Source: Planctomycetota bacterium (GTDB lineage: Bacteria > Planctomycetota > Phycisphaerae > UBA1845). From it: a stretch of DNA of 64,000 bases. Position numbers and translations under genes: made by a program. The stretch is from the NCBI GenBank assembly GCA_024276605.1, contig JAJRWX010000005.1, forward strand, positions 49-64,048. The letters run 5' to 3'. How positions within the stretch are numbered: the stretch's first letter is position 1; every line of letters begins with the position of its first letter. Shown in pieces: positions 10,430 through 20,136 of this stretch. The notes beneath the pieces are model-generated. The model made no database searches and was not told the origin of the DNA. It worked only from the letters and a program-made list of their open reading frames with translations.

Positions 10430-11119
10430 CTATCGACCGGATACTGAAACGATACCCCACGATTGCAGTTTTTCATCGCCACGTCCGCGAAGCGGCCCGG
10501 CCCAGGACCAAAAATGGGGCTTTCTACCTTGCCAACTAAGCAGCGCAACATTACATCGCACCTTACGATCTCCTGTGCCAACCAACTGACGTAGAAATTC
10601 AGTATCGATCAGCGCTTCCACGGTCAGCATGCCATCGGCTACAAATATCGCGGCTAAGCCTGCAGGCGACGATTGCGATTTCCAGTTGCCTCGTCCTTCC
10701 CAAGGCAAAGGCTGTTGCATACGAAACACTTTCGCTTTCTGACCACCTTCAAGCAATGTAATAGCAAAGATAGATGTACTCGCCGCAGGAAAAGCGCAGT
10801 CTACATCCGGAGAAACCATCACAAAAAGCGTATCACCGATCGGCTTTGAACCACTACCCCCTGCGATATATGGGATTCTGATCGTGACATACCATCCCAG
10901 AGGCGAAGCAACTATTTTCGCAGCATGCGTGACACCCGCACGTTCCGGTGTCAATGCAAACTCGGTCGATTCCGCTGGCCAGTCATCCGTTCGACCATCA
11001 AGTCGTATAGGTGCATTCGAGTGCACAAGCTTTTGCTTGGGACGGGCAGCGCCCATCCAAGTCTTAGCCAAGAAATCATCGATAGGCTGCTTCCACATCT
11101 GAGCATCTTCGTTAGTCAC
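10430..11119 (-). CDS. Hypothetical protein (CBM9/DOMON-like impression)
   Basis: 229-aa ORF containing PIRLDGRTDDWP, which resembles the IDGxxDDxW start of CBM9-like domains. No signal peptide is seen. Confidence 0.45.
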   Translation of the reverse strand: MTNEDAQMWKQPIDDFLAKTWMGAARPKQKLVHSNAPIRLDGRTDDWPAESTEFALTPERAGVTHAAKIVASPLGWYVTIRIPYIAGGSGSKPIGDTLFVMVSPDVDCAFPAASTSIFAITLLEGGQKAKVFRMQQPLPWEGRGNWKSQSSPAGLAAIFVADGMLTVEALIDTEFLRQLVGTGDRKVRCNVALLSWQGRKPHFWSWAGPLRGRGDEKLQSWGIVSVSGR

Positions 11120-11149
11120 AACCAGATAGTCGCGATCGAAACAAATCGA

Positions 11150-11905
11150 TTAACACTTCCCGAAACTTCCGAAGGCATAGTGCTTAGGCTCTGCTAACAA
11201 ATCCTGCGGACTTTCGAAGTCAAATAATGCCACCCCATGATAGGTAAGTACTGCCAACATCTTTCGCTCAGATGAGTATGCCACGTCCGTGACCCGGCCT
11301 TTGATTTTCATACGACCAAGAAATTTCGCCCGGCTACCACCCCCGCCTTCAGGGATCTCCAACACAAAAATCTCAGGTTGACTTTCGTATGTTTCCTCTT
11401 TGGTCAACAGATACAACTTCCCCTCAAAAGCAAACATCGCCTAGCCATTACGCGGCCTATTGTCCTCGTATCTAAAATCGATCCGCACCGTCGTCACTGC
11501 AGAAGCCCCGGCAGGTATATCAGCGGAGAATTGATAAATTTGATATCCCTCCCGCGTACGCCCGTTATCACCAATATCTGCCATATACATGCGGCCACGA
11601 GCGTCGCGTGTGATGGCTTCAAAGTCACGGTTGGTAGCGCCGTCCAATTGAACCGATTGCAGCACCACACCCAGATCGTTAAATCGATGGATTTGTGCGG
11701 CATAACCGGAATCACTATGCCCCCAATACTGCCCTGCGCCGCTGGCGTTTGTCATGCCTGACATTTCATCAAGAGCACTACCGTGAATTGTAGCCGTAGG
11801 CAAACTAGGTTCCCCAGCATGGGTTAATTCAGCGGTGAAAATAATACTCAAAGCGGTAAGACAGAATACGATGATTACTTCCAAACGTTTTCCATATGTG
11901 TGCAT
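11150..11905 (-). pseudogene. Secreted beta-propeller-like protein interrupted by an in-frame TAG
   Basis: ORFs 11441-11905 (signal peptide) and 11150-11437 are in the same frame. They are separated only by TAG (11441-11443) plus one Ala codon, giving ...NRPRNG*AMFAFEGKLYLL. The sequence style continues across the stop. Confidence 0.55.
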
Positions 11906-12054
11906 ATAGTGCTCTCAACGCGTCCAACTACCTTGCTGACGAGAAACGACCTTCATCAGGAGTAACAAACCCTCGACGAGTTGTAGCCTCGAAATTTACG
12001 GGGCACACCCGAAGGTGCTCTTGATACGGACACTAAACATACTACGCGCCCACC

Positions 12055-12164
12055 CTAGTGCTTTGTCACACCTTAAGTTTAGGGTTCGCGAAGTCCACTC
12101 CCTCACGGTCGCGGCTCTGATAGGACAAACGCAACCCCAAGATTTAGCTGTGACGCTGCACTAG
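12055..12164. repeat. MITE-like inverted-repeat element, short copy (family shared with 15679-15858)
   Basis: The left arm is ctagtgctttgtcacaccttaagtttagggt. The right arm is accccaagatttagctgtgacgctgcactag. The arms are imperfect reverse complements and both resemble the arms of the 15.7-kb copy. Confidence 0.55.
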
Positions 12165-12286
12165 CGTATGACCAACATCTTCTCGTAGCAAGAATTGCCA
12201 GCCCCTCGCAGACATGTACTATCAACCTTAGTATAAGTTAATTGACATAAGACAGCACCCTGACGGTAGTTTCACGGAAGTTAATT

Positions 12287-13243
12287 GTGATGAAACGCGA
12301 ATATTATGTAATCGATGCCTTTACCAACAACGCCTTCGATGGTAACCCAGCAGCCGTGATACTCCATGCGGAGAGTTTAACCGATGAGCAGATGCTGACC
12401 ATCGCGGCGGAATTCAATCTCAGCGAAACGACGTTTATCACCAAAGTTCAGCCGAATCCGCACCTCGACAACTCCGAAAAAGAGGACGAGACGGCCAAAC
12501 TTCGCTTTCGCTGGTGTACGCCAACTACCGAAGTCGACATGTGTGGTCATGCTACCCTGGCTGGAGTTCATGCGCTGATTGAGTCAGATCAGTTACCGGC
12601 GCCAACGCTCGATGGCAGCGTTCGCCTGCTCATCGACACCCGCTGCGGCACTCTCATAGCCCATATCGAAACGCTTCCCAACACGCCGAACCGTCATACC
12701 ATCTGGCTGGACCTCATTAGCCCCACCATCCAAAAGATATCACTGCCAGAAAACGACTTAGCCCAATACCTCAACATGCCAACCGATGCGTATAATCGTG
12801 ATTTACCACCGGCCCTCACTCAAGATCGTGATGCGATCGTTTTCGTCAAAGATTTTTCCATACTCAATGACATCAAGCCGGATTTTAAGCAGCTAACGGC
12901 TTTATTAGAGAAACATGATCTGCGGGGATTATCCGTAGCTACGATAGCCACGCTGACTCCATCGATTCACGTGCAATCCCGATTCTTTGCTCCAACTTGC
13001 GGGATCATTGAAGATCCCGTCACAGGCAGTGTCCACGGTCCGCTGGGGGTGTACTTGGTGGAGCATGGCGTCATAACGATGCAAGACAACGTCGCCGGTA
13101 TGCAGTGCACGCAGGGAATTCCAGGTGGCAGAACCGGGCTAGTATGGGTCTTGGTACGGAGTGATCCGAGCGGTTCGCTAAGCGTGCGTATAGGCGGACA
13201 AGCAGTTACTACTATGCGCGGTTCTTTATTCAACTGTGATTAG
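12287..13243 (+). CDS. PhzF-family isomerase
   Basis: 318-aa ORF. YVIDAFTNNAFDGNPAAVIL, LSETTF and the internally duplicated fold pattern are typical of the PhzF/YddE family. Confidence 0.85.
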   Translation: MMKREYYVIDAFTNNAFDGNPAAVILHAESLTDEQMLTIAAEFNLSETTFITKVQPNPHLDNSEKEDETAKLRFRWCTPTTEVDMCGHATLAGVHALIESDQLPAPTLDGSVRLLIDTRCGTLIAHIETLPNTPNRHTIWLDLISPTIQKISLPENDLAQYLNMPTDAYNRDLPPALTQDRDAIVFVKDFSILNDIKPDFKQLTALLEKHDLRGLSVATIATLTPSIHVQSRFFAPTCGIIEDPVTGSVHGPLGVYLVEHGVITMQDNVAGMQCTQGIPGGRTGLVWVLVRSDPSGSLSVRIGGQAVTTMRGSLFNCD

Positions 13244-13396
13244 CCCAAACTAAAATTGTTATCGAGAATACAAGGATTATTCGTTTTACCGCAACAGCAC
13301 AACGAAAGTAGGTTAGGTCAGATGCTTGATATTTCGCTTCTTCAAGATGGTTGTCGCTGAAATCCGCCTGTCACATCGGTCAAACTCGAAACAGCA

Positions 13397-15253
13397 TTAC
13401 GGACAGTTAGGTACACACGTACCTGTCAGACAATTCGTCACACCATAGCCAAAATCGCCACCAGCGAATGCGAGCACCTCACGCAGTATGTCACTGCTAC
13501 CTACGATGCCATTGGGGACTTGGCCATCACCGTCAACACGCGATAAATGCGGTGCGGTTTTGAGTAATTGGAATTTTTGAACCACTGCTACGATATCATT
13601 GGTTGTGACAATGCCATCGGCTGCCAACCACACGCCCCCGGAAAATGCACCTACCAAATCGCCATATTGTCTATTGGCATTAACCTGAGGAGAAGTTGTG
13701 AGTAATGGCAGCGTGCACGAGAAAACGACATCATCCTGCGTGGCTTCGATCATATACTCGTTACCAGGAACAATTTCGCAGCCACGAACATGAATAACCG
13801 AGTTCGTCCACTCACAAAATTCTGGGGCCGTCACTAATTCACCTAACATGCCATCCACACCAGCATCTTGTAGCGTACAGCCCACATACCAAGGCGTCGT
13901 CGAACCAGCACGCGTTACCCGCAAAGCGGTTATCTGCCCCGGGTTAGTGCTTGGGTTGAAAGACAAGTACCGATCAGTCGTTATATCATACGGCGCAACT
14001 GCTATGGCAGGAGGTAATGTAGCAAATGAGCTTAACGAATTGCTAAATGAGTATACCGAACCTGCCCCACCAACAAGAACCGTGTCACCACTCATGGAGA
14101 TGGAAAGTCCAAGTTGAGTCAACTGAGCCGCGTCGGAAGCGGCCATCTCTTGTTCCTCGAGCCACGAAGTCCCGTCGAATGTAAATACATACCCAGAACC
14201 ACATGCGATACCCGCCGCGCAGCTATTCTTCCTCGCTCCTACCGCCACCGCCCCCGCACTCATAGAGACGGAATACCCGAACCAAGCACCGTTCCCGACG
14301 TCGGAAGCGGCTAGTTTCTGTTCCTCCACCCAAGCGGTTCCATTATAACGAAACACATACGCAGAGCCGCATAAGCCGCCATCTTGACAATTTGTAAACG
14401 GTGCGCCAACTACAGCGGTGTCACCTTCTATAGACACGGACCATCCAAATCTATCTTCTTCTGCCGCATCAGAGGCACTCAGTTTCTGTTCTTCAGACCA
14501 TGAAACCCCATTGAACCGGAACACATAGGCTGAACCTTTAGTGCTATTATTACCCACTTTTTCCAGTTCCGCACTCAATATAATCGTGTCCACACTCGCG
14601 GAAATAGACCAGCCAAAATAATCATAAGCCTCTTGGTCAGAGGCTGACAGATTCTGCTCCAATACCCATGAGGTTCCATCAAAACGAAAAACGTATGCTG
14701 ATCCGCAATCAAAACCCGCAGGGCAGCTGTCATGCATAGCCCCCACCACAGCCAAATCTCCACTAAGTGAGACACTTAACCCAAACAAATCATAACTTTC
14801 AGCATCGGGTGCGGTCAGCTTCTGCTGCTCAACCCAACTTGTACCATTGAAACTAAACACATACGCAGCCCCACAAAGGTTTCCCGCTGAACAATTTTTA
14901 AGACCGGCTCCCACAAGAATAGTATTCATACTCACAGATACGGCGATACCGAATTCGTCTCCATCGCCAGGATCAGAAGCAGTCAACTTCTGTTCAAGTT
15001 CCCAAGAATCGCCGATTAAGCGATACACATACGCCGATCCGCAATTGGAGCCAATCGCGCAGTCTTCACTCCGAACTCCCATCACAGCAATGTCTCCACT
15101 CAATGAGACAGACCAGCCGAAATCGTTGGCCAGCGTAACAGGAGAGATAAGCTTCTGTTGCTCACTACACTGGGCCAATGCCTGCGCACCACCCAACCCG
15201 AAGATTAGTGTTAGCATGGCAACTATTACCGTTAACCGTGAGAAGGTAGACAT
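13397..15253 (-). CDS. Secreted FG-GAP-like beta-propeller repeat protein
   Basis: 618-aa ORF with a signal peptide. It carries about 7-8 tandem ~50-aa repeats (GSAYVFRFxGTSWxEEQKLxASD...FGWSVSxSGDxAVVGA). The C-terminal region has one dockerin-like DGDGQV loop and a Cys-rich end. Confidence 0.75.
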   Translation of the reverse strand: MSTFSRLTVIVAMLTLIFGLGGAQALAQCSEQQKLISPVTLANDFGWSVSLSGDIAVMGVRSEDCAIGSNCGSAYVYRLIGDSWELEQKLTASDPGDGDEFGIAVSVSMNTILVGAGLKNCSAGNLCGAAYVFSFNGTSWVEQQKLTAPDAESYDLFGLSVSLSGDLAVVGAMHDSCPAGFDCGSAYVFRFDGTSWVLEQNLSASDQEAYDYFGWSISASVDTIILSAELEKVGNNSTKGSAYVFRFNGVSWSEEQKLSASDAAEEDRFGWSVSIEGDTAVVGAPFTNCQDGGLCGSAYVFRYNGTAWVEEQKLAASDVGNGAWFGYSVSMSAGAVAVGARKNSCAAGIACGSGYVFTFDGTSWLEEQEMAASDAAQLTQLGLSISMSGDTVLVGGAGSVYSFSNSLSSFATLPPAIAVAPYDITTDRYLSFNPSTNPGQITALRVTRAGSTTPWYVGCTLQDAGVDGMLGELVTAPEFCEWTNSVIHVRGCEIVPGNEYMIEATQDDVVFSCTLPLLTTSPQVNANRQYGDLVGAFSGGVWLAADGIVTTNDIVAVVQKFQLLKTAPHLSRVDGDGQVPNGIVGSSDILREVLAFAGGDFGYGVTNCLTGTCVPNCP

Positions 15254-15678
15254 GAGTACTCTCCTAACAATATCAACACACGAGACATATAAGCTGCTAA
15301 AAACATGTTCATAGAACCAACTAGCAGATAAAGGTGTAGAGCCAGCGAAAATCTAAGGCCTATAATAGTATTTTAACAACAAAAATACAAGGAATTTTTA
15401 TTTTTTTGTGCACCAGCACAACAAAACGGGGTTAATTCAGATACTTAAATATTTCATCTCAGCCGTCGGTAGGCGTCTTATCGCCATTCTCCCCTTAAAA
15501 CCGGAGTGCCCACAAGTGGCACACAGCTACGGAGTAGGGATCATGATAGCAAAAAAATCAGCCCATTTATATTTTCTATCACACGGGGAGCAGATATGCT
15601 TTTAGTGATTATTAAATAACTGTTCGACGTGACACTCGGATTGTGACTGCTCACAATTACACAATGAAGATGTAACGG

Positions 15679-15858
15679 GCTGGCGCTGTGTCACAGCTAA
15701 ATGTTCGGGTTCATCCAGGGTGGCATGGGCAACGTTTTTTTTTGCCCGTGTCGGCCTCCGGAACTACACGGGTAAGTCCCGATGTATCCCGACGTAAAGT
15801 CGGGATACATCGGGACTTACCCATGCCACCCGAATTCTTAGCTATGACAAAGCACTAG
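15679..15858. repeat. MITE-like nested-palindrome element, long copy
   Basis: The outer arms are 15679-15710 and 15828-15858. A middle inverted repeat is gggtggcatggg / cccatgccaccc. The inner perfect 24-bp stem is gggtaagtcccgatgtatcccgac-gtaaa-gtcgggatacatcgggacttaccc (15770-15822). The outer arms match the 12.1-kb copy. Confidence 0.65.
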
Positions 15859-15893
15859 CGATATCTTTCAATCGCTATCAATGGAGGATTCGT

Positions 15894-16772
15894 ATGGAGA
15901 ACCGTGTGACTGCCATCATCAATCCGGTCTCCGGACGTAGGAGCATGGAACCTGTTGTCCAGGAGATCGGTCGCCTGCTTAAGTTGCATGGTGGTGAATT
16001 ATCGATTCGCAGAACCCTCCGGGCTGGGCACGCCACAGACATAGCCCAAAACCTCGATACGCAAACCAAAGCCGTGCTCGTCGTTGGGGGCGATGGCACG
16101 GTCTGCGAGGTAGTCAATGGCTTGATAGATACACATATCCCTATAGCCATTTTACGAACCGGTACGGAAAATTTACTCGCCCGCGAACTGGGTATGCCTA
16201 CAAAACCGGCGGATGTTGCTCGAACACTTATGCAAGGCCATATTGCGCCCTTCGATGTAGGCGTCATCAACGAAAGACGATTTGTGGCCGTAGCCGGGGT
16301 CGGTTTCGATGCGGAATGCGTGGTTCGCATGACCAACCTACGCAAAGGGCATATTACACACGGCGATTACTTTTGGCCGGTTTGGCGCACTTTTTGGTCG
16401 CACCGGTTTCCGGAAATCGTAGTGTGCGTAGACGACAAGACGCTATTTCAAGGCTGTGGCTTGGCGTTGATCGGCAATATTGCTCGATACTCAATGGGTA
16501 TGCGTATTCTATCCGAAGCTAAGTATAACGACGGCCTGCTCGATCTATGTGTCATGCGGTGCACATCCCGCGTTCAACTCCTGGCCCATGCCGCCCGCGT
16601 TATGCGGGGTGTCCACATTAACCACCAAGATGTAATCTATTGCCAATGTCATCAATGCTCGATCGAATCCGCTACTGACGTACCCGTCGAAGTAGATGGC
16701 GATTGTGCAGGATATCTTCCGTTGCGCGCATCTATTCTCCCCAGTGCGGTTAGCTTTCTGATTCCATCGTAA
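15894..16772 (+). CDS. Diacylglycerol/lipid kinase family protein (YegS/DagK-like)
   Basis: 292-aa ORF. AIINPVSG and VVGGDGTVCEVVNG match the DAGK catalytic-domain pattern. Confidence 0.85.
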   Translation: MENRVTAIINPVSGRRSMEPVVQEIGRLLKLHGGELSIRRTLRAGHATDIAQNLDTQTKAVLVVGGDGTVCEVVNGLIDTHIPIAILRTGTENLLARELGMPTKPADVARTLMQGHIAPFDVGVINERRFVAVAGVGFDAECVVRMTNLRKGHITHGDYFWPVWRTFWSHRFPEIVVCVDDKTLFQGCGLALIGNIARYSMGMRILSEAKYNDGLLDLCVMRCTSRVQLLAHAARVMRGVHINHQDVIYCQCHQCSIESATDVPVEVDGDCAGYLPLRASILPSAVSFLIPS

Positions 16773-16973
16773 GTGCCCTCAACACACTGAAATCACGCCC
16801 CACTAAGCATGTCAATCCTTGACTTTGTTCGTGAAATATTTAACAATGCCCCGCCACAACGACGGCTGGGTGATTAAAACAGGGTCTATCGGGTCGATAG
16901 ATTGCCTAGGTTAGATTTATGTTGGATTGGGCCTTTACAAAATGCGTGCCTATTGGGTTGTTGTGTGCAGCTT

Positions 16974-18131
16974 ATGAGCGTTGAAGAACCACATGCTACT
17001 ACTTCTGATAGTCTACGCGTCAGCGCTACGGATGCCTCACGTGTCGACGATTCCCTAGATGTACCCATGAGCAAAACACCATCAGCAAATGCACTCGATT
17101 TTCCAGTCGAGCCACTGACCGCCTCCATGCTTGGCAAACTCTTCGGCGTTCCCCTGCTTATCATTAGCATTATTGTAGGTGGTGCCGTATGTGTCGTCCT
17201 GTTATTCGGTGCGCCTACCGCTCCCAAAGCACATAGCCTGGACGATCTACTGCAAGCACTGGAAGTCAGCGGCGGTCAGCGCAATGCGGGCATGCTGCTA
17301 CCCCGAGAAAAGGAGCACTGGCAAGCCGGCCTTGAACTATCAGAACGATTGAAAAAGGGTGAGTTTTCTGATGAGCAATTGGAAACCGCTGCCGATCGAC
17401 TCATCCACATGCTAGAACAAGAAATGTCGGCGTCCCCCTCTAAGCAATTGTCATCTAAGACTTCGAGGACGAATGCCTCATCCGCCGGTGCGCTACATGT
17501 ACAGTTTCTTATTCGTGCGTTGGGGCGGACCAATCGTCCGCAAGTCATACCCGTTCTCACCAGCATCCTCCACAATCCTTGGCACACCTATCTTGACAAA
17601 GATCGCAAAGGATTCCTTGTGTACGCCATACAAGAACTGGCTAATTTGCACACAATCGAAGGGGCTGACTCAGCCGTGAACCAGATGTTAGCCCTACTAA
17701 AGGAAATGGATGACACAACCATCCGGCTGGCTGCCTGCACAGCACTATCTGTTTTAGCTGACCGTGATAATCATGCTGTTATTGATGCCCTATCATCTGT
17801 GAGATTATCCTCGGATGGAGAGGTGAGCTGGTCAGCATCCTTAGCTCTAGCGCGGCTGGGAAGCAACGCCGGCAAGTCCACTTTGCTCGACCTGTTGGAC
17901 CGGACGTTTTGGGAGACGGGCGAAAGATACCACACGACCGACGATAATGGTGTAACAAGAAGTTATGCCATGCCTGCTGTTTTGATACAGCAATGGTTGA
18001 TGGCTGCGATTGATGCCTCTGCAAATTTGGATGACGCGGACTTGTGGGAAATGATAAACCGATTAAAGTCTGACGCGTCTCCAGCGGTACAGCAACGGGC
18101 AAAGACTGTGTCGGCAGTACGATCTACCTAG
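16974..18131 (+). CDS. Membrane-anchored HEAT-repeat protein
   Basis: The ORF is open from 16902, and I chose the start at MSVEEPH (16974). It has one TM helix (LFGVPLLIISIIVGGAVCVVLLF) followed by HEAT/PBS-lyase-like helical repeats. It ends 54 nt before the Rieske gene. Confidence 0.55.
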   Translation: MSVEEPHATTSDSLRVSATDASRVDDSLDVPMSKTPSANALDFPVEPLTASMLGKLFGVPLLIISIIVGGAVCVVLLFGAPTAPKAHSLDDLLQALEVSGGQRNAGMLLPREKEHWQAGLELSERLKKGEFSDEQLETAADRLIHMLEQEMSASPSKQLSSKTSRTNASSAGALHVQFLIRALGRTNRPQVIPVLTSILHNPWHTYLDKDRKGFLVYAIQELANLHTIEGADSAVNQMLALLKEMDDTTIRLAACTALSVLADRDNHAVIDALSSVRLSSDGEVSWSASLALARLGSNAGKSTLLDLLDRTFWETGERYHTTDDNGVTRSYAMPAVLIQQWLMAAIDASANLDDADLWEMINRLKSDASPAVQQRAKTVSAVRST

Positions 18132-18184
18132 TTTTATTCGCGCTGCATGGACAATAGACGCATTCGTTGCAGGAAGAAACGAGC

Positions 18185-19261
18185 ATGGCCAAGAAACAAC
18201 TTATCACCAAGGTGTGGATCGAAGAAGGGTGCATCGTCTGTGACGCATGTGAAACCGCCGCCCCGGAGGTGTTTGAAGTTATGGACGACACCTGTGTGAT
18301 TCGCCCGGACGCTCTCAATGCTGAATTTACAAAACCCCGTAGCGAGGGAATTGTGGACGCTGCAGAAGAATGTCCGGTAGATGTCATCAAATTTGACAGT
18401 GATACGGTAGAAGTGGCTGACGAAGCCCCTACTGAACCCGCCGCAGCACCAGCGACTGAGACTCAAACGGCACCATCACCAGCCAAAAAAGCACCGGCAG
18501 CCGAGCCGAAAAAAGCTGCCCCCCAAAAAGCCCCCGCCTCAGTTGGCAAAACCAAAGCGCCCAGTGCAGGCGAGCCTGATCCATCGATTCAAGCCCTGTT
18601 AGAGGCTGCCACTTCGCGCGGCGGAAATGCCGGCATCATGCGAAACTCCACAGAGGTACCAACCAGTGCCCAGGGATGGCGAGCGACAGACGTGGACAAT
18701 CTTCCACCTGATGCGAGACAGGCTAAAGTCGTCGAAGCGGCCCAAAAAGCCAAAAAACAATCCGCGCTGCATCGACGCGATTTTGTGAGCAATAGCGCCG
18801 TAGCCATAGGCTGGACGGCGTTTGGTGTGGGAACGGGCATTTCGATCGGACCGGCCTTTGGGCGTTTTATGATGCCTAACGTATTGGAAGAGCCGGACCC
18901 ACGCATTCGCGTCGGCAAGATCACAAGATACATGGAGATGGCTCCCGGCGATGTGAACGAAGACTACAAGCCACAAGGCATCTGGATGATCCGCGATGAG
19001 GATCGTATCGCAGCTTTGAATATTATCTGCACGCATCTGGGGTGCATACCTAATTGGCAACCAAACGATCGAAAATTCAAATGCCCCTGCCATGGCAGCG
19101 GTTACTATTCGGACGGCATTAACTTCGAAGGACCGACACCGCGCCCGCTGGAACGATTCAAGATCACGATCAAGGATGGCATCGTCATTGTAGATAAGAG
19201 CAAGAAATACCAGTATGAATTAGGACAATGGGATCAGCCGGGAAGTTACATCCTAGTCTAG
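18185..19261 (+). CDS. Ferredoxin-domain / Rieske 2Fe-2S fusion subunit of a cytochrome b6f/bc-type complex
   Basis: The start at MAKKQ is preceded by a GGAAGAAA Shine-Dalgarno. The N-terminus carries CIVCDAC...ECPVDV (a single-cluster ferredoxin). An Ala/Pro/Lys linker follows, then RRDF plus a TM helix (Tat-like anchor). The C-terminus carries the Rieske motifs CTHLGC...CPCHGSGY. Confidence 0.85.
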   Translation: MAKKQLITKVWIEEGCIVCDACETAAPEVFEVMDDTCVIRPDALNAEFTKPRSEGIVDAAEECPVDVIKFDSDTVEVADEAPTEPAAAPATETQTAPSPAKKAPAAEPKKAAPQKAPASVGKTKAPSAGEPDPSIQALLEAATSRGGNAGIMRNSTEVPTSAQGWRATDVDNLPPDARQAKVVEAAQKAKKQSALHRRDFVSNSAVAIGWTAFGVGTGISIGPAFGRFMMPNVLEEPDPRIRVGKITRYMEMAPGDVNEDYKPQGIWMIRDEDRIAALNIICTHLGCIPNWQPNDRKFKCPCHGSGYYSDGINFEGPTPRPLERFKITIKDGIVIVDKSKKYQYELGQWDQPGSYILV

Positions 19262-19296
19262 CGCCCATAGGTCATGCACAGGAACTGAACTAAACC

Positions 19297-20076
19297 ATGA
19301 TTAACCGTTTTGGCAATTGGGTTCGCGAAGGTCAAATTTGGGGGAGCATTTTCCGCCATGGTGTACCACGCGATCGGCGTACACGGGCCATGGCCATTTT
19401 GAGTAACGTGTTTCTACATTTGCATCCGGTAGCCATACGCAAGAGCAGTATCCGCCTCTCGTTCACGTGGTGCATGGGTGGTATCACTTTCTTCTTATTC
19501 CTTGTAGAGATTGTGACCGGCGTTCTGCTGATGTTTTATTACCGTCCTACCGTCGAATATGCTTATTTCGACATCCAAGGCCTTCGAGCACATGTGACGC
19601 TCGGACTGTTACGCGAGTTGCACCGTTGGGGCGCTCACGCGATGGTCATTACCATTTGGCTACACATGCTCCGCGTATTTTTAACGGGCAGCTATAAACC
19701 GCCGCGCGAATTTAATTGGAGCATCGGCGTCATCCTTTTGGTGCTCACCTTGCTACTGTCCTTTACAGGTTATTTGCTCCCGTGGGATCAATTAGCCATG
19801 TGGGCGATTACCGTGGGATCCAACATGGCCCGAGCAACGCCCGGCGCAGGCTCGGAAGGACCGTTGAGCGCATTCATCCAGATCGGCGGTGTACCGTTGG
19901 TTCATGCCGGCGACGATGCACGGTTTGGACTATTGGCCGGTACTTTTGTCGGACCTAATGCCCTGTTACGGTTTTATGTACTCCACTGTGTGTTTATTCC
20001 GTGCGTTGTGACAGTTCTCCTGGCCGTTCACTTTTGGCGTATTCGTAAGGATGGCGGCGTCAGCGGCCCATTGTAA
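19297..20076 (+). CDS. Cytochrome b6-like (N-terminal half of a split cytochrome b)
   Basis: 259-aa ORF with four TM helices. The haem-ligand His context is [36 protein letters not shown]. Confidence 0.9.
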   Translation: MINRFGNWVREGQIWGSIFRHGVPRDRRTRAMAILSNVFLHLHPVAIRKSSIRLSFTWCMGGITFFLFLVEIVTGVLLMFYYRPTVEYAYFDIQGLRAHVTLGLLRELHRWGAHAMVITIWLHMLRVFLTGSYKPPREFNWSIGVILLVLTLLLSFTGYLLPWDQLAMWAITVGSNMARATPGAGSEGPLSAFIQIGGVPLVHAGDDARFGLLAGTFVGPNALLRFYVLHCVFIPCVVTVLLAVHFWRIRKDGGVSGPL

Positions 20077-20136
20077 TGAACCGCAATAATTGTGATCGAG
20101 CCTTAATACCGGCTATAGAAACTGGCAATCGTTAAT

